From a virus (lineage: Duplodnaviria; Caudoviricetes): a stretch of DNA of 64,000 nt. The notes beneath the pieces were generated by a model. The model was given only the letters and a program-made list of their open reading frames with translations, was not told where the DNA came from and made no database searches. Each line of letters starts with the position of its first letter. Positions within the stretch are counted from its first letter, which is position 1. Positions 18,607 to 27,984 of this stretch are shown piece after piece. The stretch lies in IMG/VR virus record IMGVR_UViG_3300028482_000001, positions 1 to 64,000 of that record, one strand, 5' to 3'. The position numbers and the translations under genes are program-made.

Positions 18607-19269
18607 CTATAATTTTCGTTCTTGGATAAATTTTATTAATAATTCCTGTGTTGTTTCAATATTATTTCTTGTTCTAGCATTTAGTAATTTTTTAGTTACA
18701 GTATTGATCGAAAAACCGATGATTTCTTTTTGCTTTCTACCAGCTGCCATTTGTGATAATATTTCTATTTCATCTGTAGTAAGGTTTAAAAGTTGTGGGG
18801 ATATGGAATTTGAAAAAGATGTAAAAATAAAATAATTGAAAATGACATAGTAATATGTGGCTCTCGCAATGTGAATTAAGTAATTGACTAGGTGTTGATC
18901 ATTTACAATGAAAGCTAGTGTAGAAATTACAAAATATCCTGTTAGGATTTTAGTTTTCCATCGCGGGCGAATAATCGCGATGGCTAAAACAATAAAATAA
19001 GCGGTAAAATTATTGAAAAGTAGAGTTCTTTTTAAAATAATAGTTGCAACTAAGATATAAGCGTACAAAACATGATATAGACAAAAATATTTTCTTTTCC
19101 AAATAAGAATTATCGGAAAGTAAATCGCGTTTACAATAATATACAAAACATTGCTCATGCTAAAGCCATATACAATATTTTTCCAGGCGTAAAGTACGAT
19201 GAAAAGTAGGGTTAAAATGCCTGTGTCAAACAATAAAATATCTTTTTTTCGTATTTTTGAAATATCCAA
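18607..19269 (-). CDS. Multi-pass membrane protein with C-terminal LuxR-type HTH (paralogue 2)
   Basis: TM helices then LTTDEIEILSQMAAGRKQKEI...TVTKKLLNARTR. Confidence 0.7.
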   Translation of the reverse strand: MDISKIRKKDILLFDTGILTLLFIVLYAWKNIVYGFSMSNVLYIIVNAIYFPIILIWKRKYFCLYHVLYAYILVATIILKRTLLFNNFTAYFIVLAIAIIRPRWKTKILTGYFVISTLAFIVNDQHLVNYLIHIARATYYYVIFNYFIFTSFSNSISPQLLNLTTDEIEILSQMAAGRKQKEIIGFSINTVTKKLLNARTRNNIETTQELLIKFIQERKL

Positions 19270-19278
19270 TAAAATCTC

Positions 19279-19617
19279 CTATCTATCTATATTTTTCCAA
19301 TAATTTACTTGCCCGTCAATAAGAACATTAATAGGTTCTCTTTGTTTTTCTGTAAGAGTAAGCATTTTTTGAACTGATTTTTGAATGTCTTCTGGAAATT
19401 CTGTGTTTGGGTTCTCACCAGTTAATAACCATTCCATTGTAACATTCAAATATTTTGCAATTCTGTATAAATCATCGGATTGAGGAAATACATTTCTTGT
19501 TTTCCATCCAGATATTGTACTTGTTGCAAAACCCAACTTATTCAATTCTTTAAGAGGAACGATAGTTTTAATCCTTTCTAATAAATCCGAAACAGAAATT
19601 TCCATAAAAAATACCAT
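19279..19617 (-). CDS. XRE-family HTH repressor
   Basis: STISGWKTRNVFP...IAKYLNVTMEWLLTG. Confidence 0.85.
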   Translation of the reverse strand: MVFFMEISVSDLLERIKTIVPLKELNKLGFATSTISGWKTRNVFPQSDDLYRIAKYLNVTMEWLLTGENPNTEFPEDIQKSVQKMLTLTEKQREPINVLIDGQVNYWKNIDR

Positions 19618-19976
19618 GAAATACTAAAAATAGTATTGACAATTACTAATTTTAGTATTATAAATATAACCATAAAGATTAATTTAAGTGTACCACAGGT
19701 GCATAAATTAATCAATTCTAAATAAAAGTGTTAAAAATAATACTTTTATACTTGACAAATTATTTATTAAGTATTATAAATAATACTCACAGAGTAATGA
19801 AGAACGCACACCGCAGTTCTTGATTGCTCTGTCAGGGCAATCACCGATAATGTTGTAGGTGAAAACCTCTGGCACAAGTCTTTCAGCGGTGAAAAGGCTT
19901 GTGCCTTTTTTATTTTCCTAGTGAAGTTGCGTGTCGCCAAACTCTTAACTTCACTAGGACTTAAAGGAGGTGTCTT

Positions 19977-20732
19977 ATGACACCCACAACTACATTATCG
20001 GTAAATTTGGAAAATAGTTTACCACAAAATCAAAATCCTGTCCAACAAAATTGGTATACAATCGAAGAATTGGCAAGTTTAAGTGGTTTTTCAGTTGAAA
20101 CATTAAAACACGGAGAAAACAATCTTTCTAGTATTATGCGAATAATGAGTATTAACTTTGAAGTTAATACTCGTTTAGGTGGTTATCACAACACAAAGAA
20201 ATTCTATTCAGAAAATGTATTAAAAGCTCTTAAAGAATATCAGATTAAAAACTCTACTCCAAATGCTGTAAAAGAAAAGTCAACTGTTATTGAAGGAAAT
20301 GTTAATTTCATCCAAACAGACACTTTTAATAAAACAATACAAGGGCTTTTGGATAATCCAGATGCTTTATTATGTCTTATAAATGAAAGTTCAAAAAGAA
20401 TTCAAGCACTTAATACAAAACTCATTGAACAACAACCTAAAGCCGACTACTACGACAAATTCATTGACAGCACAAATTTAATAGAAATCGGACATCTTGG
20501 AAAATCAACAGGAATTGGCGAACAAAAGATTTTCAAAAGATTAGTTGTAGAAGGATATATCAAAGTTAGATATTCAACAGACGGAGTTAAATATTATGAC
20601 CCTTGCTATGGGTATGAAAAATATTTCAAATCTGTATCTGTTCCTTTTTTACGAGGTGAAAAACAACTAAACAGAGAAAAGTTAATGCTTACATCAGTGG
20701 GAAACAATCAGGATGAACAGAAACAGGAATAG
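19977..20732 (+). CDS. Antirepressor-like protein (ANT/KilAC C-terminus)
   Basis: EQQPKADYYDKFIDSTNLIEIGHLGK. Confidence 0.7.
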   Translation: MTPTTTLSVNLENSLPQNQNPVQQNWYTIEELASLSGFSVETLKHGENNLSSIMRIMSINFEVNTRLGGYHNTKKFYSENVLKALKEYQIKNSTPNAVKEKSTVIEGNVNFIQTDTFNKTIQGLLDNPDALLCLINESSKRIQALNTKLIEQQPKADYYDKFIDSTNLIEIGHLGKSTGIGEQKIFKRLVVEGYIKVRYSTDGVKYYDPCYGYEKYFKSVSVPFLRGEKQLNREKLMLTSVGNNQDEQKQE

Positions 20733-20854
20733 GTTTTGAACATTCTTTGCAAAAATGAATTACTTTTTGATAATTGTCAAAATATTCAAAACCTATTTCT
20801 AATTTTTTATTACAATACGGACATTTTAGGGGAGTTTTTAACATAATAAATTCC

Positions 20855-21103
20855 TTAACTTAGATTATTTTGGAGGTAATTAAGAACATCTTTTTTAGTG
20901 ATTTCTGGTTCAATTCCTGTAACCAGGAATTCTACAGTAGTACCAAGTGATTGAGCTATTTTTACTGATGTAATTGCATCAGGGATTGTGTTTCTTCCAA
21001 TCCAATTTTCAATAGTTCTTTCAGGTAAGTCTAACATAACAGAAAACTGTTTTTGAGTAATTTTTTTTTCTTTTAGAAGAAATTTAACATTATTCCAAAA
21101 CAT
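20855..21103 (-). CDS. XRE-family HTH repressor
   Basis: FWNNV...RTIENWIGRNTIP...IAQSLGTTVEFLVTG. Confidence 0.85.
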   Translation of the reverse strand: MFWNNVKFLLKEKKITQKQFSVMLDLPERTIENWIGRNTIPDAITSVKIAQSLGTTVEFLVTGIEPEITKKDVLNYLQNNLS

Positions 21104-21423
21104 AAAATTTACTTAAAAATAAGTATTTTGTGTTGACAAAATACTTAAACAAGAGTATAAATATAATATAAATACTTAAAAATAAGTATTTGTAAAAACA
21201 GATTGTTAATCTGTAATAAAAAAGGATTGTTAATCCTTCATTAGAAAACTTATGCTAATCTGCACATACATAAGTTTTTTTAAACTTTTATGCCTTATAA
21301 GGTTTCCTTGTGCAGAAGCTACACTTGTTGTAGTTTGGAAAATCTTATAGGGCATTTTTTTTACAAAAAAGTCAGAATGAGCCACTCGCCAAAGTTCTTC
21401 ATTCTGACTTTTGGAGGTTCACC

Positions 21424-21891
21424 ATGCCTACAATTAAAGTATCGGTAAACTCAAAAAATAGTTTACTACAAATTTCAAATTTTGAAAACTATCAGTTTTC
21501 AGAAAAGGAACTTGATCTTTTATCTCCAAAAGAGATAAGTAAAATCTTTAGAAAAGTAAAAGATTCCCTTCATGATTTAAAACAGGAAAAGACTGAATTT
21601 ATTGCAACAACAAGAATGATTCCTGGCTCAAACATCTACAACAGAGAAATGGCAGCATTGAATTTACGCCGCAATAAAATTATGAAAAATTACATGATGC
21701 TAGAAAGAAGATTGACTGATGCCACACAGGAATTTCGGGAAAGAATTAGAAATTCAGAAAACGAAGAATTTCAATTTCTTCTTAAATTTTGGAAAAACGC
21801 AAAGAAACTAAACATTGATTTCTTTAATTCAGTTACAGAAGAAACATTAAAAACAAACGCTTTGCCTGAATCATTAAAAGGAGGGAACTAA
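21424..21891 (+). CDS. Hypothetical protein
   Basis: GGAGG RBS after structured leader. Confidence 0.5.
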   Translation: MPTIKVSVNSKNSLLQISNFENYQFSEKELDLLSPKEISKIFRKVKDSLHDLKQEKTEFIATTRMIPGSNIYNREMAALNLRRNKIMKNYMMLERRLTDATQEFRERIRNSENEEFQFLLKFWKNAKKLNIDFFNSVTEETLKTNALPESLKGGN

Positions 21892-21893
21892 CT

Positions 21894-22685
21894 ATGAACG
21901 AATTAAAACTAATCAAACAACAAGAAATCTTAGGAAAAGATTTTAAAGTATACGGAGATGTAGAAAATCCATTTTTCAAAGCATCTGACGTTGCAGAGTG
22001 GATTGATTACTCATGGAAAGACAGCAGACAAGTAAACAGAGATGTATCTAAAATGTTATCTCTTGTTGACGAAGATGAAAAAACAAAATGTACTTTAAGT
22101 CTTGGTGGGGAAAACTATTCCCATGGTGGTTTAAGAGAAAATACAGAAATTTGGTTTTTAACAGAAAACGGTTTATACGAAGTTCTTATGCTTTCAAGAA
22201 AACCAATCGCAAAAGCCTTTAAGAAAGAAGTTAAAAAGGTTCTTCATTCTCTTAGAGTAAATGGCGGCTATATTGCAGGACAAGAACAACTTTCAGAAGA
22301 TGAAATTATTGCAAATGCTCTAGTAGTTGCTCATAAAATACTTGCTAAAAGAGAAGCTGCTATCGCAGAGATGAAACCAAAAGTAGACTTCTACAACAAA
22401 GTAACAGGTTCACCTGATACTTGCGATATAAAAGAAGTTGCAAAAATTCTTAATTATAAGAATATCGGCAGAAACAAACTTTTTGAAATATTGCGAGATG
22501 AAAAAATCTTAGACAATCACAATCAACCATATCAGAAATATATTGACGCTGGATATTTCAGAGTTATCGAAACAAAGTTTGAAGATAAAGACGGAGATAC
22601 CCACATCAACCTTAAAACAGTTGTTTTTCAAAAGGGTGTTGATTTTATCAAAAAAACATTAGACAAACTTCAAAAGAGAGGGTAA
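21894..22685 (+). CDS. BRO-N plus ANT/KilAC antirepressor
   Basis: FLTENGLYEVLMLSRKPIAKAFKKEV; MKPKVDFYNKV; GRNKLFEILR. Confidence 0.9.
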   Translation: MNELKLIKQQEILGKDFKVYGDVENPFFKASDVAEWIDYSWKDSRQVNRDVSKMLSLVDEDEKTKCTLSLGGENYSHGGLRENTEIWFLTENGLYEVLMLSRKPIAKAFKKEVKKVLHSLRVNGGYIAGQEQLSEDEIIANALVVAHKILAKREAAIAEMKPKVDFYNKVTGSPDTCDIKEVAKILNYKNIGRNKLFEILRDEKILDNHNQPYQKYIDAGYFRVIETKFEDKDGDTHINLKTVVFQKGVDFIKKTLDKLQKRG

Positions 22686-22687
22686 CT

Positions 22688-23452
22688 ATGAACGAATTAC
22701 AGATTATTGAAAAAGACGGAATTCAAGCAGTTTCTGCTCGTGAATTGTACAAAGGTTTAGAAATTTCAAAAAGATTTTCTGAATGGTGGAAAACAAATTC
22801 TAAAGAATTTGTTGAAAACGAAGATTTTTATGGGGTGTACCTAAAGGTACAGGGCAACCAATATGGTGGCGAACAAGAAATTCAAGACTATGCAATTTCT
22901 ATTGATATGGCTAAATCAATCTGTTTAATGTCTAGAACAGAAATTGGTAAAACATATCGCAACTACTTAATCAAACTTGAAAAAGCCTGGAACACACCAG
23001 AAGCTGTAATGTCTAGAGCCTTGCAACTTGCAAACCAAACACTTGATAACATCAGACATCAAGTAGCAATTATGCAGCCCAAAGCAGTTGTTTATGATGA
23101 ATTAGTAGACCGTTCTAAGACAATGAACTTTAGAGATATGGCTGCAAAACTGGGTATGAAACAAACTGAATTTATGACAATTTTGAAAGCAAAATATGTT
23201 TATAAAAATTCTATTGGAGAATACAGAGCAAAAGCAGAATATCAACAATACTTCACTTTAAGAACTTTTAACAAATCAACAGACAAAACTGGTGAACAAC
23301 TTCTATTCAATATGGAAGGGATTACATACTTTATTAACAAGTATAAGGTTGAAAAAGACACTTGTAAACATTGTGGTGAAAAAGTGCCTGCTGGCCATTA
23401 CTGTTGTTTACAATGTTGGAACGAATACGAAGGAGGAAAGGAAATTGACTAA
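22688..23452 (+). CDS. AntA/AntB plus ANT antirepressor
   Basis: AVSARELYKGLE, DYAISIDMAKSICL, EKAWNTPEAVMSRAL. Confidence 0.85.
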   Translation: MNELQIIEKDGIQAVSARELYKGLEISKRFSEWWKTNSKEFVENEDFYGVYLKVQGNQYGGEQEIQDYAISIDMAKSICLMSRTEIGKTYRNYLIKLEKAWNTPEAVMSRALQLANQTLDNIRHQVAIMQPKAVVYDELVDRSKTMNFRDMAAKLGMKQTEFMTILKAKYVYKNSIGEYRAKAEYQQYFTLRTFNKSTDKTGEQLLFNMEGITYFINKYKVEKDTCKHCGEKVPAGHYCCLQCWNEYEGGKEID

Positions 23453-23610
23453 ATATGAATATTATATTGCAAAATCGAATGAGTGTAGAAACAAATCAGT
23501 TATTTTTACACAAAAAAACGAGCCAAAATTAGCAGAGTTTTATAAAAATGCATCAGTCGGATTTGAAAAAAAAGCTAAGAGTTTAACAATAAAAGAAGCT
23601 AGGAGTTTAT

Positions 23611-24591
23611 ATGAATGTTAAAATAACAAAAGTTGATCAAGAAAAAGAGCCTGAAAAATGGCTTAATTTAAGAAAAACAGGGATTGGGGGATCTGATGCA
23701 GGCGCATTAATGGGAATGAATGAATATTCATCTCCATTAACTGTTTATTTGCAAAAAAAAGGTTTGAATCAAGGAATTGATTCAGAAATTCTTAGATGGG
23801 GGCATCTTTTAGAAAATCCAATTAGGGAAGAAGTGGCTACTAAATTTGGTGTAACTGTTACAATTCCAGAGGGAATGTATACAAGTGAAGAACATTCTTT
23901 CATGAATGCCAATTTAGATGGCTTAGTTGAAGGAACTGTTTCCGTGAAAAATAAAACAGTTACAGGATTAGGGGGCTTAGAGATTAAGACCTCGAATGGG
24001 CAAGGATTTGGTGAATACGAAATTCCTGATAGTTACTATTGCCAGGTACAGCATTATATGGCAGTTACAGGATTAAATTGGTTTTTACTTGCCGCCTTTA
24101 TGAAAGCATCATGTACAATTCAATATTACATCATTGAAAAAGATGATGAGTTTATTGAAAAATTAATAGAAGTTGAAAAAGACTTTTGGGAAAATTATGT
24201 ACTAAAGGATGTTTTTCCTGCCCCATCTGGTGCTGACAATGAAAATCAATTAATAAAAAAATTGCCGATTTCTAACAACGTTGAGTTAGATGAATCGTTA
24301 TTAGAAATAATTGAATATAAAAAAGAATTAGATGAGCAGATTAAAGAGCTCAAAAAAAATCAAGAAATTGCAAAAAATCAAATATTACTAGCAATGCATA
24401 AAGCGAGCAATAGTTCTAATTCTGATAGCAAAAGTGTTGTGGCCGAATTAGGTGATTTTAAGATTACGTATTCTACGGTTATTAAAAAATCTGTAGATTC
24501 TGACCTTCTTAAAAAAGAAGGTATTTATGACATGTACACTAAAGAAACAAAAACAAAAACTTTGCTAATAACAAAAAAGAAGGACGTTTAG
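23611..24591 (+). CDS. YqaJ-type viral recombinase exonuclease
   Basis: WLNLRKTGIGGSDA, ANLDG, LEIKT, YYCQVQHYM. Confidence 0.9.
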   Translation: MNVKITKVDQEKEPEKWLNLRKTGIGGSDAGALMGMNEYSSPLTVYLQKKGLNQGIDSEILRWGHLLENPIREEVATKFGVTVTIPEGMYTSEEHSFMNANLDGLVEGTVSVKNKTVTGLGGLEIKTSNGQGFGEYEIPDSYYCQVQHYMAVTGLNWFLLAAFMKASCTIQYYIIEKDDEFIEKLIEVEKDFWENYVLKDVFPAPSGADNENQLIKKLPISNNVELDESLLEIIEYKKELDEQIKELKKNQEIAKNQILLAMHKASNSSNSDSKSVVAELGDFKITYSTVIKKSVDSDLLKKEGIYDMYTKETKTKTLLITKKKDV

Positions 24592-24910
24592 AAATAAACG
24601 AAGATTATTTTTTACTACTGTTCGTTGAACAGTTTAAAACTATATCGTCGATATGGTTTTATATCTTGTGGGCAACCGACAAAACAGGTTGCAAGAAAAT
24701 ATATTAATAACCTTGTCCGTATGGACTGGTATTATGTTGGCAACTTACATAAAGTTGCACGTTGACACTTATTTTATAAATTTGTTTAAATTACCTTTCC
24801 GGTGGGTGGGGCGACACATTTACCATAACACACGTGCGAAACGCAAAACCGGTATTTTATATCAGGGTGATGAAACCCTGTATTACTTTTAATATGGGAG
24901 TAAAAATAAA

Positions 24911-25504
24911 ATGAAATTTCTTTGGTGTGATGTGGAAACAACAGGATTAAATATTGAAAACGCAGCTCCATTTCAGATAGCATTTATATTTGTATCTACT
25001 CAAAACATAGGAGGGAAAAACGTAAAAAGCGAATCTGAAAGAGTATTTTTATTAAATTGTCTTGATATGGCACATGTTGAATTTAATGAAGAAGCTGCAA
25101 AAATTCATGGAATTTCAAAAGAAACTATACAAAATTATGAAAATTCACACGATGTTTGCACAAAAATAATGAATTTTCTATCAGATTGTGTAAATTTTAG
25201 AGAAGTTGAAAACATGTATTTCTGTGGTTATAACTGTGAATTTGACTGGAATCATTTAATTAGTTTGTTTAATCATCATGGAATGGATTTTGGGCAATTT
25301 TTTGAAAAACGGTTAGATGTATTTAACCAGGTAAAAAAAGCAGGTGCAAATAAGATTTTACCTTATTTGCCAAACAGAAAATTAACTACAATATGTGAGC
25401 ATTTGAAAATTGATTTAAGCAATGCTCATGATGCATTAGCAGATATTAAGGCAACTAGAGATGTTGCAAAAAGCCTTGCTACTTTGGGAGTTCCATTAGA
25501 ATAA
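24911..25504 (+). CDS. DEDDh 3'-5' exonuclease
   Basis: DVETTG, GYNCEFD, AHDALADI. Confidence 0.9.
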   Translation: MKFLWCDVETTGLNIENAAPFQIAFIFVSTQNIGGKNVKSESERVFLLNCLDMAHVEFNEEAAKIHGISKETIQNYENSHDVCTKIMNFLSDCVNFREVENMYFCGYNCEFDWNHLISLFNHHGMDFGQFFEKRLDVFNQVKKAGANKILPYLPNRKLTTICEHLKIDLSNAHDALADIKATRDVAKSLATLGVPLE

Positions 25505-25593
25505 TTTTTTTTATAAGAAAAAAAGTATTAATTTGAATTCCTACTATTGACAAAGGTATTAAATTGAATTTATAAATATATAAGGAGATTTTT

Positions 25594-26535
25594 ATGGATC
25601 TATCGAAAAAAAACGAAACAAAACAACTAAATCAACCAAAAGGGCAATCGTTAAGAAATTGGATTGCCAAAATGAGTGATCAAATTAAATGTGCATTGCC
25701 ACAGAATATCACTCCGGAAAGAATGATGAGAATTGCATTAACAGCGATCTCAAAAGATGAAAAATTAGCATCATCTACACCAGAAAGTTTTCTTGGTGCA
25801 TTGCTTACATCAGCTCAATTAGGGCTTGAATGTAATACTCCATTAGGTCAGTCTTACTTAATTGCTTTTTATAACAATAAGAAAGATTGCCTTGAAACTC
25901 AATTTCAATTGGGGTATCAAGGCTTGATTGATCTTTGCTATAGAACAAATCAATACCAAACAATACAGGCTAGAATTGTATATGATGGTGATATATTTGA
26001 ATATGAATACGGGATGAACGAACAGCTTATTCATAAACCAATGGGGAAAACAGCAAAGCCTGTTGCTGTATACGCCTACTACAAATTGGTAAATGGAGCA
26101 AAGGCATTCGAAGTAATGACCTGGGAGCAAGTGGAACACCACGCAAAGAAATATTCGCAGGCAGTAAGCAAGGGATATTCTTCCCCTTGGTCTACTGACC
26201 CTGAAAGTATGGCAAAGAAAACAGTGCTTAAAAAAGTGTTGAAATATGCGCCAAAGACAGTTGAAGTTGCAGAAGCTGTAAACAGTGATTCAGCAATTAT
26301 CACTGCAAATACTATTCAGGATGGCAATACAATTAGTGTTGTGAAAGACTTTAACTTTGATATAGGTGAAGTTGAAACAGTAGAATCTAAGCCTGTTAAT
26401 GCAGTTGAGCACGCAGAAATTAAAGGAATTGAACAAGCATTTGATAATCCTGCAACAATTTCAGAAGAAGAAAATAAAATGATTGATAAAGCTTTTGAAG
26501 ATTCTCAACTAAAGTTTGGCGGAGATGTTTTTTAA
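25594..26535 (+). CDS. recT: RecT single-strand annealing protein
   Basis: ITPERMMRIAL, AQLGLECNTPLGQSYLI, FQLGYQGLIDL, SMAKKTVLK. Confidence 0.92.
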   Translation: MDLSKKNETKQLNQPKGQSLRNWIAKMSDQIKCALPQNITPERMMRIALTAISKDEKLASSTPESFLGALLTSAQLGLECNTPLGQSYLIAFYNNKKDCLETQFQLGYQGLIDLCYRTNQYQTIQARIVYDGDIFEYEYGMNEQLIHKPMGKTAKPVAVYAYYKLVNGAKAFEVMTWEQVEHHAKKYSQAVSKGYSSPWSTDPESMAKKTVLKKVLKYAPKTVEVAEAVNSDSAIITANTIQDGNTISVVKDFNFDIGEVETVESKPVNAVEHAEIKGIEQAFDNPATISEEENKMIDKAFEDSQLKFGGDVF

Positions 26536-27339
26536 TTGAAAATTACGAGTTTTTTTCATGGGCAGTTAATACACAATAAAATTGTCTTAGTTCCAAATGA
26601 TCCTCGTGATAATTTTTTAATTGAAAAACTATTCAATTCAAAATATCAACGAGAATGTAGGACAGAAAAAGAAATTTTATTGAAATGTGAAATAGATGCG
26701 GCTTTTCAGCATAGAACTTTCAAACAATTAGCTGCTGTATGGAAACTTGTAGAAATAATTTTCTACTCGGAAAACGGGAGAAAGCCTACGGAAAGCGAAA
26801 AATATGAGTTATATCTTGATTTATTGGAATTATACGCGGATAAAATTCCGAACAGATACAACAATGAATTGAGAGTAATTCATATTTCCGAAGCCAACAC
26901 AATGGCCGCGGCTCATTTTATTTCCGGATTACTTTATCATTTAAATACAATGTGTAATTTGACAAACGATCTTGAAGCATCTGTTAGAAAAATATTGTAT
27001 GAGTGGGAAATTTGGCGTGGGAAACAAATAGTAGACTTCGCCGATGAAGTATCTGTAACGGAATTAAGAAATAGAATTAGAGTTTCAGAAGCCACAGGAA
27101 GGCAACCTGTAGAGTTTCATCACATTATATCAAGAGGTGCCTGTCCTTTAGCAATTGATAAAGCATGGAATTTGATTGCCTTAACCGATGAAGAACACAG
27201 GTTTTTCCATTCTGCAGGAATTGGAAAGTTTTTAGAGCGTTATCCACATCTTAAAAACAGATTTGAAAGGGCAAAGATAAAGTGTGAAGAATTACAAAAA
27301 AGTAGTTCTGTATTAGCAAAGGAGGTTCTTTGTGAATAA
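26536..27339 (+). CDS. NinB-like protein with C-terminal HNH-like domain
   Basis: RTFKQL..VWKL; EFHHIISRG...NLIAL...H. Confidence 0.5.
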   Translation: MKITSFFHGQLIHNKIVLVPNDPRDNFLIEKLFNSKYQRECRTEKEILLKCEIDAAFQHRTFKQLAAVWKLVEIIFYSENGRKPTESEKYELYLDLLELYADKIPNRYNNELRVIHISEANTMAAAHFISGLLYHLNTMCNLTNDLEASVRKILYEWEIWRGKQIVDFADEVSVTELRNRIRVSEATGRQPVEFHHIISRGACPLAIDKAWNLIALTDEEHRFFHSAGIGKFLERYPHLKNRFERAKIKCEELQKSSSVLAKEVLCE

Positions 27340-27667
27340 AAATAAATCAAAATTTTCTCATAAAGATTGGTATGAGAAAAACAAAGAAATTATAAAAGAA
27401 AAACAACGTCAATATTATGAAAAGATTAAGGAAACAAAACAAAAAAAAGCCTGGCTAAAACGAAATGTCGGAAAAAATGAAAATGAATATGAATATAAAA
27501 AACGAGGGAAATATGATTTAAAAGAATATGTAGCTTTTAATAACGCTCAAAGAATAATTGATAAAAAAACTGCAATTATGAAGCAATTAAAAATTACTTC
27601 GGAGTTATTTTATGAATTATTAGAAAATGGAACTTCACATAAAGGATGGTGTATCGATGAAGCTTAA
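27332..27667 (+). CDS. Basic hypothetical protein
   Basis: Lys-rich ORF in operon. Confidence 0.4.
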   Translation: MNKNKSKFSHKDWYEKNKEIIKEKQRQYYEKIKETKQKKAWLKRNVGKNENEYEYKKRGKYDLKEYVAFNNAQRIIDKKTAIMKQLKITSELFYELLENGTSHKGWCIDEA

Positions 27668-27923
27668 ATTTAATTTTTATTTAGTTTATCTTAACGACTT
27701 AAACAAATTGAATGCCTTTCAGTTTAAAAAAGTTGTAAATGCTTTAGTAAAATACATGGAAAAAAGAACAATTCCTCAAAATTTATCCAAAAAAGGCTTT
27801 GATGTGTTTGTCAAAATAATGCCTATATTGGATTTAGAATTGAAAGAGTATGTTTTAAGTATGGCAAGATCACTATCTGGAAAAAAAGGGGCAAAAAAAA
27901 GATGGAAAATGTCTAATAAATAG
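27627..27923 (+). CDS. Short/truncated DUF6291-like replication protein
   Basis: RSLSGKKGAKKRW motif, stop directly followed by iteron-like array. Confidence 0.5.
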   Translation: MELHIKDGVSMKLKFNFYLVYLNDLNKLNAFQFKKVVNALVKYMEKRTIPQNLSKKGFDVFVKIMPILDLELKEYVLSMARSLSGKKGAKKRWKMSNK

Positions 27924-27970
27924 CAAATATATAGCAAATATATAGCAAATTATAGCAAATTATAGCAAAA
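27920..27970 (+). repeat. Iteron-like array, 5 x ATAGCAAA(T)
   Basis: Copies at 27920, 27931, 27942, 27952, 27962. Confidence 0.8.
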
Positions 27971-27984
27971 ATAGGAGATATAAA

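Noticed and set aside
20745-20785. Additional antisense promoter after antirepressor 19977-20732
   Set aside because: TTGACA present but no acceptable -10 and no structured RNA, so not counted as a fifth unit
24860-24885. Hammerhead ribozyme (TGATGAAA)
   Set aside because: Lacks the CTGATGA core and three-stem geometry; it is a simple hairpin loop
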